A stretch of DNA of 64,000 bases from the NCBI GenBank assembly GCA_977020255.1, contig CDROCS010001101.1:124001-188000 (forward strand), given 5' to 3'. Shown piece by piece: positions 29,316-38,820 of the stretch. How positions within the stretch are numbered: position 1 is the stretch's first letter; the number at the start of each line of letters is the position of its first letter. The stretch is from Obrimoposthia wandeli (lineage: Eukaryota). A model generated the notes under the pieces. The model was given only the letters and a program-made list of their open reading frames with translations, was not told where the DNA came from and made no database searches. The position numbers were made by a program, and so were the translations under genes.

Positions 29316-30863
29316 ATGATCACAAAGGTTAGTCGCTACATTATCGTAATGTTAAGCATGTTTACCTCTTCGGCTTTTGCCGCCAGCGAGCAAGTTGGGT
29401 TTGATAAAGCTGTCGATCAGTTTTTTAACGAAAACCTCAGTTGGTTCGCCAATACAATCTTCACATCAGTTCCTGTTAATGGGACAAACTTCCCTATCAT
29501 TGTTGGCTGGTTATTCGTCGCCGCTATTATCTTCACGTTCTATTTTGGTTTTGTGCAGTTCAAACGCTTTGGCCTTGCCGTTAAGATCGTTAAAGGTGAT
29601 TTCACCGATCCGAATAAAGACGAACCAGGACAAGTTACCCACTTCCAAGCATTAACAACGGCGCTGTCAGGTACTGTCGGGTTAGGTAATATTGCCGGTG
29701 TTGGTGCCGCCCTTGCTATTGGTGGTCCCGGTGCAACATTTTGGATGATCCTCTGTGGTCTGTTAGGTATGGCGTCTAAGTTTTGTGAATGTACACTAGG
29801 TGTTAAGTATCGTAACCAACTACCCAATGGTGACGTATCAGGTGGTCCAATGTATTACCTGAGCAAAGGCTTAAAAGAACGTGGCTTTACAAATTTAGGT
29901 AAATTCCTCGCAGTTGGTTTTGCCATCATGACTATTCTAGGCGCACTTGGTGGTGGCAACATGTTCCAGGGCAACCAAGCGAATGCAATGATAGTGCAAA
30001 CACTGGGTCTACCTGAAGGTTATGGTTGGGTAACGGGTGTGATTCTAGCGTGTATGGTTGCATCCGTTATTATCGGTGGTATGCCATCAATCGCAAAAGT
30101 AACTGGTAAGCTTGTACCTACGATGGCGTTATTGTATGTCGGTATGTCAGTGATTGTACTAGTGTCTAACGCATCTATGATTGGTGATGCTTTTGCCCAA
30201 ATCATTGATGGTGCCTTTACGGGATCGGGTGTTGCTGGTGGTTTTGTTGGCGCATTAATCCAAGGTATGAAGCGTGCTACATTCTCGAATGAAGCCGGTG
30301 TTGGTTCAGCAGCGATTGCCCATGCAGCGGTAAAAACCAAAGAGCCAATCACAGAAGGTTTAGTTTCAGTACTCGAACCTTTTATTGATACTGTTGTTAT
30401 TTGTACGATGACAGCCTTAGTAATTACAATCTCAGGCATGAACAATGGCGAACTCAGTGGCGTAACACTGACTGCAGCCGCGTTTACTGAAACGGCGGAT
30501 ATATTCCAATACGTGCTCGCTGTAGCCGTTGTGATGTTTGCTTTTTCTACTATGATCTCATGGTCTTATTATGGACTTAAAGCATGGACTTACTTGTTTG
30601 GTGAAGGTAAAACCACAGAGCTTGTATACAAAATTATGTTCTGCTGTTTTGTTGTTATCGGCGCAAGTGTGAGCTTTGGTGCTGTTATCGACTTCTCTGA
30701 TGCTGCAATCTTTGCAATGTCTATTTTCAATATTATTGGTTTGTATTTCTTAATGCCGGTAGTGAAGAAAGAACTACAATCATTTATTGCCCGCGTTCAA
30801 TCAGGTGAAATAAAAGATTACAGTAAAGAAGCAGTATTGGTTACTAAGCAGTTAAAGGACTAA
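29316..30863 (+). CDS. Alanine/glycine:cation symporter (AGCS, AlsT-like)
   Basis: ALSGTVGLGNIAGV, GGPGATFWM, GGPMYY, FSNEAGVGSA, EPFIDT. Confidence 0.95.
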   Translation: MITKVSRYIIVMLSMFTSSAFAASEQVGFDKAVDQFFNENLSWFANTIFTSVPVNGTNFPIIVGWLFVAAIIFTFYFGFVQFKRFGLAVKIVKGDFTDPNKDEPGQVTHFQALTTALSGTVGLGNIAGVGAALAIGGPGATFWMILCGLLGMASKFCECTLGVKYRNQLPNGDVSGGPMYYLSKGLKERGFTNLGKFLAVGFAIMTILGALGGGNMFQGNQANAMIVQTLGLPEGYGWVTGVILACMVASVIIGGMPSIAKVTGKLVPTMALLYVGMSVIVLVSNASMIGDAFAQIIDGAFTGSGVAGGFVGALIQGMKRATFSNEAGVGSAAIAHAAVKTKEPITEGLVSVLEPFIDTVVICTMTALVITISGMNNGELSGVTLTAAAFTETADIFQYVLAVAVVMFAFSTMISWSYYGLKAWTYLFGEGKTTELVYKIMFCCFVVIGASVSFGAVIDFSDAAIFAMSIFNIIGLYFLMPVVKKELQSFIARVQSGEIKDYSKEAVLVTKQLKD

Positions 30864-30901
30864 CATTTATAATTTCAATTTAAACGTATGACTTTAATGA
30901 T

Positions 30902-30937
30902 AAAAATCCCAGTCTATAACATAGGCTGGGATTTTTT
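30902..30937 (+). terminator. Rho-independent terminator
   Basis: AAAATCCCAGTCTAT-AAC-ATAGGCTGGGATTTTTT. Confidence 0.8.
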
Positions 30938-31152
30938 AATTTATACGATTCAGTTATTTTAACCCCTATAAAGACACTTCAAAACGACTAATCCTCAATC
31001 TAACCATCACTAATTACCATATTATTATGCTATTTATACGGTATAAAAACCGTATAAAAGATAAATCAAATTCAAGATTTGATTGTTAAAATGTAGGTTT
31101 TGATTGTAGAATAGACACTATAATTTGACCCTATTTATAGAGATTTAATAGC

Positions 31153-31392
31153 TTGGAACTTAAAGAATTAAAGGTTTTGTTTGATAATGGCGGCCTGAAG
31201 AAAATAACAGTAAAACGAGCACCTTTAATGAATGGTTATATTATCATAGCCCAAACAACGAATAAAAATGTGCACGTGATGACTTCTCAACGTGAAGAAT
31301 CCAATACACCAAGAGCATTTAAGACGATTGATTCTGCCGCTGCAAATGCACAAAAGATTGGTTTTAAGAAGATAAGTGTCGATTTCACGTAA
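31153..31392 (+). CDS. Small mobile-element protein (ParC/'RepB'-like partition-associated family)
   Basis: LKELKVLFDNGGL..APLMNGY...R..PRAFKTIDSAAANAQKIGF matches the ~80-aa family seen beside plasmid and transposon resolvases; TTG start with GAGA RBS. Confidence 0.55.
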   Translation: MELKELKVLFDNGGLKKITVKRAPLMNGYIIIAQTTNKNVHVMTSQREESNTPRAFKTIDSAAANAQKIGFKKISVDFT

Positions 31393-31404
31393 CAAGAATT
31401 TATA

Positions 31405-31420
31405 CTGTATATACATACAG
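31405..31420. promoter_or_regulatory. LexA (SOS) box within a 15-bp extended palindrome
   Basis: CTGT-ATATACAT-ACAG; GAATTTATACTGTAT / ATACAGTATAAATTC form a perfect inverted repeat (31396-31429). Confidence 0.8.
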
Positions 31421-31525
31421 TATAAATTCTACCCCCGTAAATATGGCACTTCACGGGCACTTTAACTCATAATTGAGTAACAACTGCCCATAATGAACAG
31501 CTATTTACTCATAATTAAGAGTAAT

Positions 31526-32536
31526 TTATGAATGATGAAGTGCTAAATAGGCTTTATTCATTGCGAATAACCGGTCTTTTTCAACATCAGAAATGAAACT
31601 GGCTTCAATCGCATTAAAAGTAAATTGCGCTATTTCAACTTTCGTCATGCGGTGTGCATCTGAAACGGCCATAAAGTTGTCAGTCATGTAACCACCAAAG
31701 TATGCTGGATCATCTGAATTGATCGTAACACAAACGCCTTTACGTAAAAGCTCAACAATATTGTGCTCAGACATTTCCTCAAATACTTTAAGCTTGATGT
31801 TAGATAACGGGCAAACCGTCAGTGGCGTTCTTAGTTTTGCTAACTCTTCGACAAAGTTTTCATCATCAGAACAACGCACACCGTGATCAATTCTGGTTAT
31901 TTTCAACAGTGCTAACGCATCGCGAATACTACTTGCTGGCCCTTCTTCACCTGCATGCGCTACCGTTAAAAATCCTTCACTCAATGATTTTTCAAATACA
32001 CGTTCAAATTTACTGGCTGGATTACCATTTTCTGACGAATCTAAACCAACAGCGATGATCTTATCTTTATGTGCCAGCGCCTGATTTAATGTTGTAAATG
32101 CTGACGCTTCATCCAAGTGACGTAAAAAACACATGATTAACTGACTGCTAATATCGAGTTCTTTTGCCGCTTTAGTTAATGCTTTATCAATCCCATTCAC
32201 GACGGTATCAAAACTAATACCACGATCTGTGTGTGTTTGTGGATCGAAGAATACTTCGGTATGCACTACATTATCGTTTTTACAGCGCAGTAAATAAGCC
32301 CAAGTAAGATCGAAAAAGTCTTGTTCGGTGATAAGTACATTAGCACCTTGATAATAAATATCTAAAAATGATTGGAGATTATGAAAATCGTACGCGTCTT
32401 TTACTTCAGCGAATGAGTTGAATGGGATTTCAATATTGTTACGTGCGGCAAGTTCAAACATCAATTCGGGTTCAAGCGTGCCTTCAATATGTAAATGAAG
32501 TTCTACTTTTGGTAAGTCTTGAATAAATTGTTTCAT
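31526..32536 (-). CDS. add: Adenosine/adenine deaminase family (probably type-2 adenine deaminase)
   Basis: PKVELHLHIEGTLEP, FFDPQTH, HAGEEG, RIDHG, CPLSN, NSDDPAYF. Confidence 0.93.
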   Translation of the reverse strand: MKQFIQDLPKVELHLHIEGTLEPELMFELAARNNIEIPFNSFAEVKDAYDFHNLQSFLDIYYQGANVLITEQDFFDLTWAYLLRCKNDNVVHTEVFFDPQTHTDRGISFDTVVNGIDKALTKAAKELDISSQLIMCFLRHLDEASAFTTLNQALAHKDKIIAVGLDSSENGNPASKFERVFEKSLSEGFLTVAHAGEEGPASSIRDALALLKITRIDHGVRCSDDENFVEELAKLRTPLTVCPLSNIKLKVFEEMSEHNIVELLRKGVCVTINSDDPAYFGGYMTDNFMAVSDAHRMTKVEIAQFTFNAIEASFISDVEKDRLFAMNKAYLALHHS

Positions 32537-32619
32537 GATTAAGTTCCTAATAAGATTTATTAAGTACTTCTCTTTAAAGAAAAAAAGCTACAAAGAGAAA
32601 AGTACTGATGTACTAAACT

Positions 32620-32686
32620 CTTCGTAATCAGGAGTTAACGGTTCCTGGTAGAGACCCCCAATCCATATTATTGGGGTTATACGAAG
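32620..32686 (-). ncRNA. Purine riboswitch aptamer, adenine-sensing
   Basis: Minus strand CUUCGUAUAA-CCCCAAU-AAUAUGG-AUUGGGGG-UCUCUAC-CAGGAACCGUUAACUCCUG-AUUACGAAG: P1/P2/P3 fold, with U at the specificity position (74) as in the V. vulnificus add riboswitch; lies upstream of add. Confidence 0.95.
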
Positions 32687-32757
32687 TGAAAACTAATAGC
32701 ATAATTGAAATACGATATTAGTTTGAAACTGATTGTACAGAATGTTATTTCTCAAGT

Positions 32758-33210
32758 CTATGGTTTAAACATAGCAGCTTGACCGCAAAAAGACCCATTG
32801 TTATCAATAAGATTCCACACTGTTGCATTTTCTATCCAAAAAGTACGCCCACTTGCGGAAATACGTAAACCACGATAATCATCAATAAAACCAAACTGAG
32901 AGACTCTTGCCAACAAATCTGCTCGTTCATCACGATCCAGCGGCTTTGCTGACTTCCTTGATGGTAAAGCAATAAATTCAGGCCAACTTAATTCGAATGA
33001 CTTTAATGCTGACTTGTTACCATAGTTGAATATTGGATCACTTTCAGTGCCGTGTGATACCACAACAAAGTCAGCGTTAAACAGGGCTTGAGCAATATCA
33101 TTATATCCCTCATCATAAATAAGCGATTTACCTGTAAGGCGTTGATAGCTAGATATTAAAAGTTCAGCGTGCGCATATAGATATCCATTTTCGAGACTTG
33201 GTTCGTTCAT
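32758..33210 (-). CDS. MEKHLA domain protein
   Basis: VVSHGTESDPIFNYGN, F..LPSRKSA, G.RISASG..F.I..A.VWNL. Confidence 0.9.
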   Translation of the reverse strand: MNEPSLENGYLYAHAELLISSYQRLTGKSLIYDEGYNDIAQALFNADFVVVSHGTESDPIFNYGNKSALKSFELSWPEFIALPSRKSAKPLDRDERADLLARVSQFGFIDDYRGLRISASGRTFWIENATVWNLIDNNGSFCGQAAMFKP

Positions 33211-33359
33211 CAAAATGTCCTTATATCCCTGATTTAAACGTATCCATTTAATTCAATTTTAGCATAACTGTCATTACGTAATAGCATAAAAATCACCTTA
33301 ACATAGTCGTACTCAATTCTATTATTTCGTATAATTACTATATGAATGAGTCATTTACG

Positions 33360-33424
33360 CGTGCGCTACGTGAAATCTACTAGCTAGGATACGAAGCAGT
33401 ACTTCAGATTTCACGTAGCGCACG
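33360..33424. repeat. Perfect 19-bp inverted repeat with 27-nt spacer (S3), candidate recombinase site
   Basis: CGTGCGCTACGTGAAATCT-N27-AGATTTCACGTAGCGCACG, 95 bp upstream of the tyrosine recombinase start. Confidence 0.85.
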
Positions 33425-33443
33425 AAAAAACAAGCCATTTATA

Positions 33444-33459
33444 CTGTTTGCTTATACAG
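33444..33459. promoter_or_regulatory. LexA (SOS) box overlapping the probable -10 of the recombinase promoter
   Basis: CTGT-TTGCTTAT-ACAG overlapping TATACT (33440-33445). Confidence 0.7.
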
Positions 33460-33518
33460 TTGTTAATGCTATAATTGACGCGGTAATATTTAAGGTCTTT
33501 GATAAACGCGGATGTATA

Positions 33519-34607
33519 ATGCCTAAAGCATTGATAAATATAAATAATAATTCAATTGTAGCATCTAATAACTTAAGCGAAGAACACATTGAAAACCTCA
33601 TTAGGTTCAGTGATCGTAAAGAACAATTAGAAGAAAACACGCTAAAATCACTACATTTCCATGTCAGTAAATTTAATGATTATTGCGCTAGTCGTAATGT
33701 GATCCCCTTGCCTTTGCAAGATGCGACTGTACTTGAATCTTTCCTTATCAAAGAAAACGACCGTGGTTGTAAAGCACAAACCTTACGTATTTATGCATGG
33801 GCTGTTTCCAAAATACACAGTTTAGCTGGTTTAGAGATCCCTTATTTCAAAACCATTATTACCGCACGATTGAAGATAATATCAAAACAAGAAGTTAAAC
33901 TAGGTGTAAAACGTAAACAAGCCGTGGCCTTTTCTTATGACCACCTTAAATTTGTAAACGATAAACTTGATATCAATTCACTGCTTTCCATCCGCAATGT
34001 TTTACTATTGAACATTTGTTATGACGGTTTACTACGTGAAAGTGAAGCCTGTAATTTGTTTATCGATCAGATTCAAAAAGTGAATGGTCTATATAACATC
34101 AACATTACTAATTCAAAAACGGATAAGTCATTAGATGGTTCGATCGTACATTTAAGTAAATTCACCTCTAAATTACTGCCTTTATATTTACAAAAAGTAG
34201 CTGCACACCACGGCCAATTTCTGTTTAAACGTATTACTCCACGTGGTGGAAAATTAGAAACACTAAAGCTTAGCGATATAACGCCAAACCCGCACGATAA
34301 AGCAATATCGACAAAAACGGTTGAATTGGTATTTGCTAACACATGGCATACTATTACTGCACACAACCTAATGCTTGGTTTTGAAGATCATATTGATTTA
34401 CCGGAACGACCTTTTAGTGGTCACTCGGCACGAGTTGGTGCATCTTGCGATCTTGTCAGTGCAGGTTTTGATGACTCATTGGTAATGCGTGCGGGAAGAT
34501 GGAAAACATTAAGAATGGTTGAGCTCTATACGCGTGGTGTAAATAATAAATTTGCGACTGTCAGAGAATTTAGAGAACGACTAGAAACCATCACCAACAC
34601 CGAATAA
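33519..34607 (+). CDS. Cre/TnpS-like tyrosine recombinase
   Basis: N-terminal SAM-like domain and a full Cre-type catalytic set: R (LLRESE), K (SKTD), HxxR (GHSARVG), W (GRWK), Y (MVELY). Confidence 0.92.
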   Translation: MPKALININNNSIVASNNLSEEHIENLIRFSDRKEQLEENTLKSLHFHVSKFNDYCASRNVIPLPLQDATVLESFLIKENDRGCKAQTLRIYAWAVSKIHSLAGLEIPYFKTIITARLKIISKQEVKLGVKRKQAVAFSYDHLKFVNDKLDINSLLSIRNVLLLNICYDGLLRESEACNLFIDQIQKVNGLYNINITNSKTDKSLDGSIVHLSKFTSKLLPLYLQKVAAHHGQFLFKRITPRGGKLETLKLSDITPNPHDKAISTKTVELVFANTWHTITAHNLMLGFEDHIDLPERPFSGHSARVGASCDLVSAGFDDSLVMRAGRWKTLRMVELYTRGVNNKFATVREFRERLETITNTE

Positions 34608-34730
34608 ATCAAACCTCCTCGCACGCGATGGTAAATAATGGAAAGACATCCGCCTTTCCAGTCAGCCAACTATATTTCATCAATGTCATAAATAGTAATG
34701 CTATAAATGGCTACACTATAAATAGAAATG

Positions 34731-35126
34731 TTAACCATCTATTAGTTGAACCATTTCGTTTAGCGTAGCATGAAACATACAGCTTACATCATCATGGCTA
34801 AACTCATTGCCATTTAAGTTGACGGTGATTTCAGTGTCATCATTATCCGTTTCAACATACAGCGTGTTTTTAATTGTTGGATATTTTTCTAGCAACACAT
34901 TTTCAGCATGCTTTCGTGTGATCTTATTACTTAGGTGTACGGTAATAATCCCCGTCCCTAGCAACAGTTTATTCATGCCATGTTCAAAAACATCCGCAAG
35001 CATACCTTCAACAAACTGACTTTTTGAAACGTTACATTGTTCACTTATTGTTTCTAGTTTTTCGAGTAAGTCTTCGTACATTCTTATCGTGCTGTTCTTT
35101 CTGGTTGCGTCGGGCTTAATCTTCAT
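34731..35126 (-). CDS. Ribbon-helix-helix (CopG/Arc-like) DNA-binding protein
   Basis: STIRMYEDLLEKLETISEQCNVSKSQFVEGML has the beta-alpha-alpha RHH pattern; convergent with the recombinase gene. Confidence 0.65.
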   Translation of the reverse strand: MKIKPDATRKNSTIRMYEDLLEKLETISEQCNVSKSQFVEGMLADVFEHGMNKLLLGTGIITVHLSNKITRKHAENVLLEKYPTIKNTLYVETDNDDTEITVNLNGNEFSHDDVSCMFHATLNEMVQLIDG

Positions 35127-35986
35127 TTTTATACCATCGAGTCTATGAGTTAGCAAAACGCTATTTCATGTAAAATATCGTTTAAGTGAATACATAATAG
35201 CATAACTTTTAGTTTATTTATGAATAATAAAATAAAACAATTGTGCACAATATGACCACATAATGAGTTAGATGATGGCTCTTAATATAGATTGATAAAC
35301 GCTTAAAAACCCAATCTTAATGACAATTTAATTTTAAAAATAAATTATCTATATTAATAACTATGAGGGTACACTTACAATTCACACAACTACATCTAAT
35401 TAATTCATTGCTAAAACATTGAAATACAAGGTCTTTATTTCGTTTAACGGTCATTATACGAAATAAAGCTTGTTTTATATAATTACAGGTGCACCTTATT
35501 CAGATTTTAATATGTTCATAATATAACTGCATATTGAAATGTAATATAGAGTTATATTGAAATTAATAGTTGGTATAAATATTTGTTTATTTGTAATTTT
35601 ATATATCAATTATATGAGGTTTAAATAAGTGATAATTGGGTTTACTTTTATTTGATAGGCGGAATATATAGGAATACTTAAATTAGGACTATTTACATAA
35701 AATATGATGCCCTCTTCATTTAGGCTCATTTTTTTGATTTATGGGGGTCATTACCCATGATAATCATCAGAATTCACACACCGCGCCATAATAAACCTAC
35801 AACATCACATTTAAACAATATAAATCAATTACTTACACTTAAGTTGGTGGTTTTAAATGCCTGTTTTAAGCTTAATTTTACTGATATACAGACATATATT
35901 AAGTAAAAACCTATTTTCAAATAGAGTTCAGTGGAAATTACAATATTTATGCTCCTAGGACTAACCAGTAATAACACCTTTTAACA

Positions 35987-36002
35987 CTGTATATACATAC
36001 AG
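35987..36002. promoter_or_regulatory. LexA (SOS) box
   Basis: CTGT-ATATACAT-ACAG, between TTAACA and CATTAT (recA-like -35/box/-10 layout). Confidence 0.8.
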
Positions 36003-36356
36003 CATTATTTAAATCCCCGTAAAAGTATGACCAAAAATGGACATACTAATTAACGCTTTTAATTTAATCGTTGTAATACAACAACTTAAAAACAAGCGTT
36101 TAAAGGTAACTAATATATGAAAACGGTGACTAACTGAGTTTATGTTTGATTAATAGCAGTGAATTCCTTGTTATTATTACTCCTTGGTAAGAAAGTAACT
36201 TGTTAATATCCGACGTGTCCCTCAATAATCAGCACCGATAAATCAACTAAGCAAATATAATTCATTTAATATAGCGTCTACAATGGGAAGTAGAAAAGAA
36301 TGACGTTAAAATACGGACTTCATCATGACTACCTAAAATTGACCTTCAGGAACATA

Positions 36357-37235
36357 ATGCTAAAAAATAAAAAAGCCGACATCATACTGGTGATCACGAC
36401 ATTACTCGCATCTGCCGGTTGGATATTTTCTAGCGAAGCAATTCAAGGCTTGCCCAGTGCAGGGTTCATCGGTATCAGGTTTATGCTTGCCTCGTTATTA
36501 TTACTGCCTTTTTGTTATCGAGGTCTACTATCGTTAGATCGTAAAACATTACTTCAAGCTTCAACAGTTGGCTGCTTTCTTGGCGCTGCAATATTACTTT
36601 GGATATATGCCATCTCGATCAGTGACTCATTGGGCGAAGGTGCATTTATCATGAGTTTGTCTATGTTGTTAGTGCCTATTGTTGCTTGGTTATTATTTAA
36701 AAATAGACCACCTCGCATGTTTTGGTTTTCATTACCCTTCGCGATTGCAGGTTTGTTATTTCTATCACAAGGTAGTGTTTGGTCGTTATCAGGTAGCCAA
36801 ATCTGGTTTGCAATTGCCGCGTTGATGTTAGCGATTCAGTTTAATTTAAACAGTCACTTTGCCCAGAAAATACCAACACTCGTCCTTACCTGTATTCAGT
36901 TATTTGTCACCGGTCTTTTAGGTATTACCGTGTCATTGCTTACCGAAACTTGGCCAGAATTTATCGCGATTGAAACCTGGGGTTGGTTAACGATGAGTGT
37001 ATTGATTGCGACCAGTTTACGCTACGTGTTACAAACCACAGGTCAAAAAAATACCACGACAGCGAATGCCGCGATCATTATGATTTTGGAACCGGTATGG
37101 ACTGTGATTTTAAGTATGCTTTGGTACGATGAAAGTATGGCGGCGACAAAATTGATAGGTTGTTGTTTAATACTATTTTCACTATTAATGTATCGAGTGG
37201 GTCCTAAATATTTATTGAAAATGAAAACAGCTTAG
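36357..37235 (+). CDS. DMT/EamA family transporter
   Basis: Ten TM helices in two EamA repeats; IMILEPVW. Confidence 0.9.
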   Translation: MLKNKKADIILVITTLLASAGWIFSSEAIQGLPSAGFIGIRFMLASLLLLPFCYRGLLSLDRKTLLQASTVGCFLGAAILLWIYAISISDSLGEGAFIMSLSMLLVPIVAWLLFKNRPPRMFWFSLPFAIAGLLFLSQGSVWSLSGSQIWFAIAALMLAIQFNLNSHFAQKIPTLVLTCIQLFVTGLLGITVSLLTETWPEFIAIETWGWLTMSVLIATSLRYVLQTTGQKNTTTANAAIIMILEPVWTVILSMLWYDESMAATKLIGCCLILFSLLMYRVGPKYLLKMKTA

Positions 37236-37322
37236 CTATTTTATTATTTATTTAATGAACCTAGGATAGAGATAATTAATGATGATCTCTATCCTATTCC
37301 CTTACTAATTTATAGAGAGTAG

Positions 37323-38249
37323 CTATTCTATAAAATGAGATTTAGGTTCAATTGGCTCGGGTAAGTCAGTTTCCCCCATCAACTCTAAAAGACTAATTTC
37401 TAGTGAACGAGTCATTGCATGTAGTGGTAAGTCATTGGAAGATAAGCCAAATGGTTTTTCTAATTCTTCACTTAAAGCATCCAAACCAAAAAATGTATAA
37501 GCTACAATTGCACAAAATAGTGGCGTAGCAAATCCTTGAGATGCAACAAGTCCAAAGGGTAATATGATGCAATATAAATAAGATGTACGTTGAACAAGTA
37601 ATCGATATGCAAATGGTAATGGCGTATTATCGATTCGTTCACATGCTGCTTGTACACTTGTCATCGATGTAATGTGTTCGTCGATACTTTGTACTAGAAA
37701 ATCAGACAATAATTTTTTATGTCTACATGTACCAAGTTTTGCACCCATCAAGCGTAGTATCGAATCGGGTACATTATAAGATTGCTTAAGGTAATCGACA
37801 TCTTCTTGTTCTAGGTATTGTCGAATATCATCCCAAGGTTCTGTTTTACGTAGATGATGACGTAATGCATGATTAAAAGCGATGGTCAAATTCACTAATC
37901 GCTTTTGCATCAACTCACCGCCCTCTTTTTTACTATCTATAAATGAATAAACCTGCCTGGCTAAACTGCGAGAATCGACGATTAATTGCCCCCACTGTTT
38001 TCTAGCCTCCCACCAGCGTTCATAACATGCATTATTACGAAAACCTAAAAACAAGGATAATGCCACACCTAAAAGAGTAAATGGCGCAATGGTATAAGTT
38101 GGAAATATAATGGGGAAGTTGTATTGTGCAAATGCGACCAGCGTACTGAGCAACGCAATAAATAATATCTGTGGAAAAACCAGCGGTATAATAGAACCTT
38201 CCAGAATAAAAAACAGTTTAAATACACTTGGTTTATCACGAATAATCAT
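37323..38249 (-). CDS. Bestrophin family ion channel (YneE-like)
   Basis: LFLGFRNNACYERWWEARKQWG, CERIDNTPLPFAY, FFGLDALSEELEKPFG. Confidence 0.92.
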   Translation of the reverse strand: MIIRDKPSVFKLFFILEGSIIPLVFPQILFIALLSTLVAFAQYNFPIIFPTYTIAPFTLLGVALSLFLGFRNNACYERWWEARKQWGQLIVDSRSLARQVYSFIDSKKEGGELMQKRLVNLTIAFNHALRHHLRKTEPWDDIRQYLEQEDVDYLKQSYNVPDSILRLMGAKLGTCRHKKLLSDFLVQSIDEHITSMTSVQAACERIDNTPLPFAYRLLVQRTSYLYCIILPFGLVASQGFATPLFCAIVAYTFFGLDALSEELEKPFGLSSNDLPLHAMTRSLEISLLELMGETDLPEPIEPKSHFIE

Positions 38250-38820
38250 TTTGATGCCTTCAATGTTAGCGGATGACATACTGAATATTAGCGTACTCCT
38301 GTAGAAATACACGTATGTCAGTGGTTAATGTCAGCTTATTTTTAGCCATCTATTATATTTATTTTTAAAAGATTGTTAATCCCCCTACTTGGTAAATGAC
38401 AAATACTACCTGGTAATAATATATCAGCGCCACGTGATAACGGCGTATTTTTATACAATCTCCAGCGCCTCGATTTACACAAATATCCCTTTGCTTTGCC
38501 CATGCCAATATCACGTCATCTGTTCCAATTCAATTTACAATTTTTTGAGATATATAACGCTGGGATTAAAATAGTATTTATCACTAATAATATATTGCTA
38601 TTTATATAAACAACTCCCCGTAGCACAAAAATAAGATATAACACTATAAAATGAAATTATTTTTAAAATAATTTCAGCTCTTTAAGGTCAAGGACTTAGA
38701 AGTCAAAACCAAGGACTTACGGTAATAAAGAACAATAAACGCTTATTTAACGAACTTGCACTGTACGAAAAACACCGATAGTATGCCTAAAAATTAAACA
38801 ATGACGAGTTAGGAGTTCAT

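Noticed and set aside
34609-34636. CGATGGTAAAT, XerD-like arm just after the recombinase gene
   Set aside because: Only 9/11 match and no XerC arm at the right spacing.
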